From a virus (taxonomy: Duplodnaviria > Caudoviricetes), in the IMG/VR virus record IMGVR_UViG_3300032013_000003, positions 1 through 59,063 of that record: DNA of 59,063 bases; one strand, given 5' to 3'. A program made the position numbers and the translations under genes. Below are positions 55,581 through 59,063 of this stretch, in pieces (position 1 is the first letter of the stretch; the number at the start of each line of letters is the position of its first letter). The notes under the pieces were generated by a model, which did no database searches, had not been told where the DNA came from, and saw nothing but the letters and a program-made list of their open reading frames with translations.

Positions 55581-57950
55581 ATGGCCCTCTTCGGTAACAG
55601 CATGGTCGATGTCACGACGCCAGACGGACGGCGCATCACCGTGCCGCAGCAGCTGGCTCAGGCCTTCCCTGGCCTGCAGCCGTACGCACCTCCGCCCGAG
55701 GTCGCGCAGGCGCCGGCGTTGCCCATCGCACCCCCACCGCCGACGTTCACGCCACAGGACCAGCAGGACCTCGGCAGGCTGGCCGCGCCGCCACCAGACT
55801 CAGCGCCCGTGACGATGCCGAGCCAGTCACCACCGCAGGCCCCAGGCGGTCCGCGCGGACCAGTCGCGACGCCGGCGACCGATGCGGGCAGGCCGAATGC
55901 GCCGGGCCCGATGACGAACGACCAGCTCGCGAAGGTCGGGACCGCGGGCGCGTACAACGCCAGCGCCGCGGCACTCCAGGAGACGCGCGAAGCGACGAGG
56001 CAGCACGGCGAAGCCCTCGCTCAGCAGGCCCGAGAAATGGGCGAACGGAAGGTGGCCGCCGAGGATCACGCCGCCAGTCTGCTCGAGGCCGAGCGCCAAG
56101 CGGCAGAGGAGCAGGCGCAGGCAATCCAGGCGAAGAACGACGAGTACCTGCGAGACGCCAAGGCGATCGCCGACATCAAGGTTGATCGGAGTGCGAATCA
56201 CCCGGTGCTGGCGGCGATCAGCGCGGCCCTTGTCGGCATCGGGCAGGCGATGGGCGGCCAGAAGGTCGACGCCATGGCGCCGATCTACGCGGCTATCGAT
56301 CGCAAGGTCGCGGCGCAGATGCAGGAGATCGACCGGAAGCGCGCCGATCTGGGCGTTCAGCGCGACGCGCTCGGCATGCAGCGCGAGACCGGTCGCGATC
56401 GACTCGCCGAGATGACCAAGTATCGACTGGCCTACATCGAGCAGGCGCGACGGGACGTCGACGCGATCGCCCAGCGCACACAGAGCGATGTGATTCGGAC
56501 CAATACGCGAGTCCTGGACGCGGGACTCGTAGAGCGCGGTGCGCAAGAACTCGGGACGGCGGTCTCCAGGGAGCAGCAGCGTCTCGAGACCGAGAAGACC
56601 CGCAAGCAGCAGATGTTGATGCACCAGCAGACCGTGGGCGTGCAGATCCGCGGGCAGAACCTTGAGCAGAAGCGGTTCGAGAGTCAGCTGGAGTTCCAGA
56701 AGGCGAAGGAGATCGACGATATCGCGACGAAGATCGCGACAGCGAAGGGCGTGCAGAAGAGCGAGGTCGAGAAGAAGATCTCCGAGCAGGGCGTCATCGA
56801 CCCGTCGACTGGCAGTCTGATCCTGACGCCGGAGGGCCAGAAGAAGTTCGCCGATGCCGAGCAGGCGGAGGCCGCGGCGCGCGCCGCGAAGGATCCGGAG
56901 CAGGCGAAGAAGCTGAACGAGTACGCCGGCCAGCTGCGAGACAGCGCGCGCATCAACGATGTCGCGTTCGGCGTCAACAAGGAGAGCGCGCAGGAGGCGA
57001 TGAAGGTTCTGAAGAACACGCAGAACCTGACGAACGACATCGACTCCGCGAAGCAGATGCTCGAGAAGGGGCCGGACGCCTGGGATCGCGAGGAATGGGC
57101 GGCGATGACGATCGGACTGCAGAACGTCAAGATCAACTACGCCACGACCATCGGCGAGCGGCTCTCGGTACGCGCACTCGAGGCGCTTGACCACGTCCTG
57201 TCCATAGACACCGACAACGTGTTCTCGCGCGCGGTCGATAAGGGCAAGGCGCTCGCCGCGCTCAAGGTGCTCGACACCGAGCTGATCCAGAAGGGCAACG
57301 TCGCGCTGCGCGGCGCGGGCATCAAGACGGCATGGAGTCCCGCTACGGCGACCAAGGCAACGCAACTTGGCAGCGAGAAGACGTCGCAAGAGTTGGCAGC
57401 CGACGCGACCCCGGGCGGATTCCGCGGTGACGTTGAGAAGCGGCTTGGCGAGCTCGGCGAGCGGACCAAGATGGACGAGGCGCAGGAAGAGGCGAATGCT
57501 CGTCGCGGCGCACCCAGCAAGGCGTTCCCGCAGGGGCGGACGTCCGACTATGGGCTCGCCCCGGACACCGACGAGAAGATCCGCGCGCTCGTCTCGCAGT
57601 CCGCAAAGGTCGGACACGAGAAGTACGCCGACATCGTCAGCAAGCTGCGGGCGCCGCTCGAGGGCGGCCGTCCGTCGCTGGCTACGGGCGTGGCCAAGCT
57701 AATCTACGACACCGACCCCAAGCTGTTCGTGGACGTTCTGTCATCGCTGCCCGATGACACCGCGGCGCAGCTTGCGGATCAGGTCGGCGTGAACCCCGTA
57801 GTCGAGGGGCCGCAGAGGCGCTCGCTTGAGAGCATGTCCAACGAGGAGCGGTCGCAGCTCGAGGAGCAGCGCCGCCAGCGCACCTCCGAGGCAGAGCGGG
57901 CCAAGTACCGGGCAGCCTACGACGCGCGCTCGTCGAAGGGGGCCAAGTAG
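55581..57950 (+). CDS. Internal virion/ejection protein
   Basis: Pro-rich N-terminus, hydrophobic segment, long coiled coil. Confidence 0.65.
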   Translation: MALFGNSMVDVTTPDGRRITVPQQLAQAFPGLQPYAPPPEVAQAPALPIAPPPPTFTPQDQQDLGRLAAPPPDSAPVTMPSQSPPQAPGGPRGPVATPATDAGRPNAPGPMTNDQLAKVGTAGAYNASAAALQETREATRQHGEALAQQAREMGERKVAAEDHAASLLEAERQAAEEQAQAIQAKNDEYLRDAKAIADIKVDRSANHPVLAAISAALVGIGQAMGGQKVDAMAPIYAAIDRKVAAQMQEIDRKRADLGVQRDALGMQRETGRDRLAEMTKYRLAYIEQARRDVDAIAQRTQSDVIRTNTRVLDAGLVERGAQELGTAVSREQQRLETEKTRKQQMLMHQQTVGVQIRGQNLEQKRFESQLEFQKAKEIDDIATKIATAKGVQKSEVEKKISEQGVIDPSTGSLILTPEGQKKFADAEQAEAAARAAKDPEQAKKLNEYAGQLRDSARINDVAFGVNKESAQEAMKVLKNTQNLTNDIDSAKQMLEKGPDAWDREEWAAMTIGLQNVKINYATTIGERLSVRALEALDHVLSIDTDNVFSRAVDKGKALAALKVLDTELIQKGNVALRGAGIKTAWSPATATKATQLGSEKTSQELAADATPGGFRGDVEKRLGELGERTKMDEAQEEANARRGAPSKAFPQGRTSDYGLAPDTDEKIRALVSQSAKVGHEKYADIVSKLRAPLEGGRPSLATGVAKLIYDTDPKLFVDVLSSLPDDTAAQLADQVGVNPVVEGPQRRSLESMSNEERSQLEEQRRQRTSEAERAKYRAAYDARSSKGAK

Positions 57951-59063
57951 ATGCCGCTACTCCGCTCACCCAACGGCGCGGTCATCGACGTTCCAGCCGA
58001 GCAGGTCGGCAACTACGTCGGGTACGAGCCGGTCGAGGGCGCGGACGCGTCCCGTGCGATCGCCTCGCCCGAGTCGCCCGACCGCGGAGTGCTCGGCGGC
58101 CTCAACGCCGCGGCGACCGGCATCCTCAGCGGCGCCACGCTCGGCCTGTCCGACTACGCACTCAAGGGCGTGCTCGACCAGGGCCAGTTCGAGCGGCTCG
58201 CCGCGGAGCGCGAGGGTCACCCGGTCGCCGGCGGCATTGGACAGGTCGCGGGCGCGATCCTGCCTGCCATTGCGGCCCCGGGTTCGCTCCTGGCGCGCGC
58301 GCCGTCCGGTCTCGTGTCGCACGGGCTCGCCCCGCTGATCGCAGAGGGCAGGGCGCTGGGCGGCGCTGCAGGTGCCGGGAAGGTCCTACTCGCCGGCGGC
58401 ATCGAGGGCGCTGCGCAGAATGCCGGCATGTACCTGGCCGACACGGCCCTGGGCGATCGCGAACTATCGGCTGAGGGCCTTGCGGCATCGCTCGGTCCGG
58501 GGTTCGCGTTCGGCGTGGCCGGTGGCGCCGCAGCGCTGGGCGTCGAGAAGGGCACGATCGCCGCCCGGCGCATGTTCGCGCGGGTCGGTGGCGCGGACAA
58601 GGCAGCGGTCGAGGCCGAGCAGGCGTGGCTCGCGGCTCACCAGTCGACCGTCGAGGCGAACGACGCCGCGGCAGACCTTGCGCGCGCCAAGCTGGCCGAT
58701 GCGAAGGCGGCCCGCGAGCAGGCCCAGCTGATCAAGCAGCGCGCGCAGGCGGGCGTGGCGGACGCGAAGGTCGCCCCGGGATTCGACTGGGCTGGCGCGG
58801 AACTGCGCCCCACGCCAAGGAGCACGCCGCTCGGTGACGTCGCCAGCGAGGCTGACCTGCCGCTCGAGGTGCAGATCGCAGGCAAGTTGAACGACCGGGC
58901 GCACACGGGGCTCGTCCCTGGCGTCGTCGATCCGCGCAGGGTGCAGATCGACGCCGAACTCGCGGCGCTCAAGGCGAAGGTCACCGGCGGCCAGGTCGCC
59001 GCCGATGGCGCATCTCCGTTGTCCGAGGCGCGCAAGGGCGTCTGGCAGAGCCAGCGCGCCAAG
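57951..59063 (+). CDS. N-terminal part of the giant ejection protein (continues at position 8)
   Basis: MPLLRSPNG...GATLGLSD; open to the window end and in frame with 8..3676 through the terminal repeat. Confidence 0.8.
   Translation, partial: MPLLRSPNGAVIDVPAEQVGNYVGYEPVEGADASRAIASPESPDRGVLGGLNAAATGILSGATLGLSDYALKGVLDQGQFERLAAEREGHPVAGGIGQVAGAILPAIAAPGSLLARAPSGLVSHGLAPLIAEGRALGGAAGAGKVLLAGGIEGAAQNAGMYLADTALGDRELSAEGLAASLGPGFAFGVAGGAAALGVEKGTIAARRMFARVGGADKAAVEAEQAWLAAHQSTVEANDAAADLARAKLADAKAAREQAQLIKQRAQAGVADAKVAPGFDWAGAELRPTPRSTPLGDVASEADLPLEVQIAGKLNDRAHTGLVPGVVDPRRVQIDAELAALKAKVTGGQVAADGASPLSEARKGVWQSQRAK
58934..59063. repeat. Terminal direct repeat, right copy
   Basis: Matches 1-130. 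Confidence 0.95.

Noticed and set aside
54672-59063. Stop-codon reassignment suggested by consecutive in-frame genes (TAA, TAG-ATG, TGA junctions)
   Set aside because: Three different stop codons are involved, each followed by a plausible start, and standard-code ORFs are full length throughout

Overview
The window appears to be the complete, circularly permuted genome of a high-GC temperate phage with podovirus-type structural genes. Bases 1-130 repeat at 58934-59063 with one mismatch, so the unit length is about 58.9 kb and the last ORF (57951..end) joins ORF 8..3676 into one ~1550-aa protein. Layout: (i) 1-8136 end of the virion operon, an SGNH esterase and lysis genes (+); (ii) 8269-23758 leftward early/accessory arm with a tRNA-Leu(CAG) 3'-half attP, tyrosine integrase, SLOG protein, RecT/YqaJ and many small ORFs; (iii) 23550-24450 CI/Cro-like switch with palindromic operators; (iv) 24711-33529 rightward early arm (T4 Rnl1-type RNA ligase, Mom-like protein, replication initiator with internal repeats, RusA, VRR-NUC); (v) 33744-59063 late region (small ORFs, GNAT, terminase, portal, scaffold, major capsid, tailspike, adaptor, fibre, nozzle, ejection proteins). 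The host is inferred, not shown, to be a myxobacterium-like Gram-negative. The most notable observations are: three small genes upstream of the terminase that each resemble a different segment of the phage's own major capsid protein; an orphan double-glycine, Cys/Ser/Thr-rich RiPP-like precursor with no maturation enzymes in the genome; a terminase Walker A lacking its lysine; and an attP lying 2 kb from the integrase inside a leftward gene run. All product calls come from motif recognition and synteny by eye; no database searches were run.
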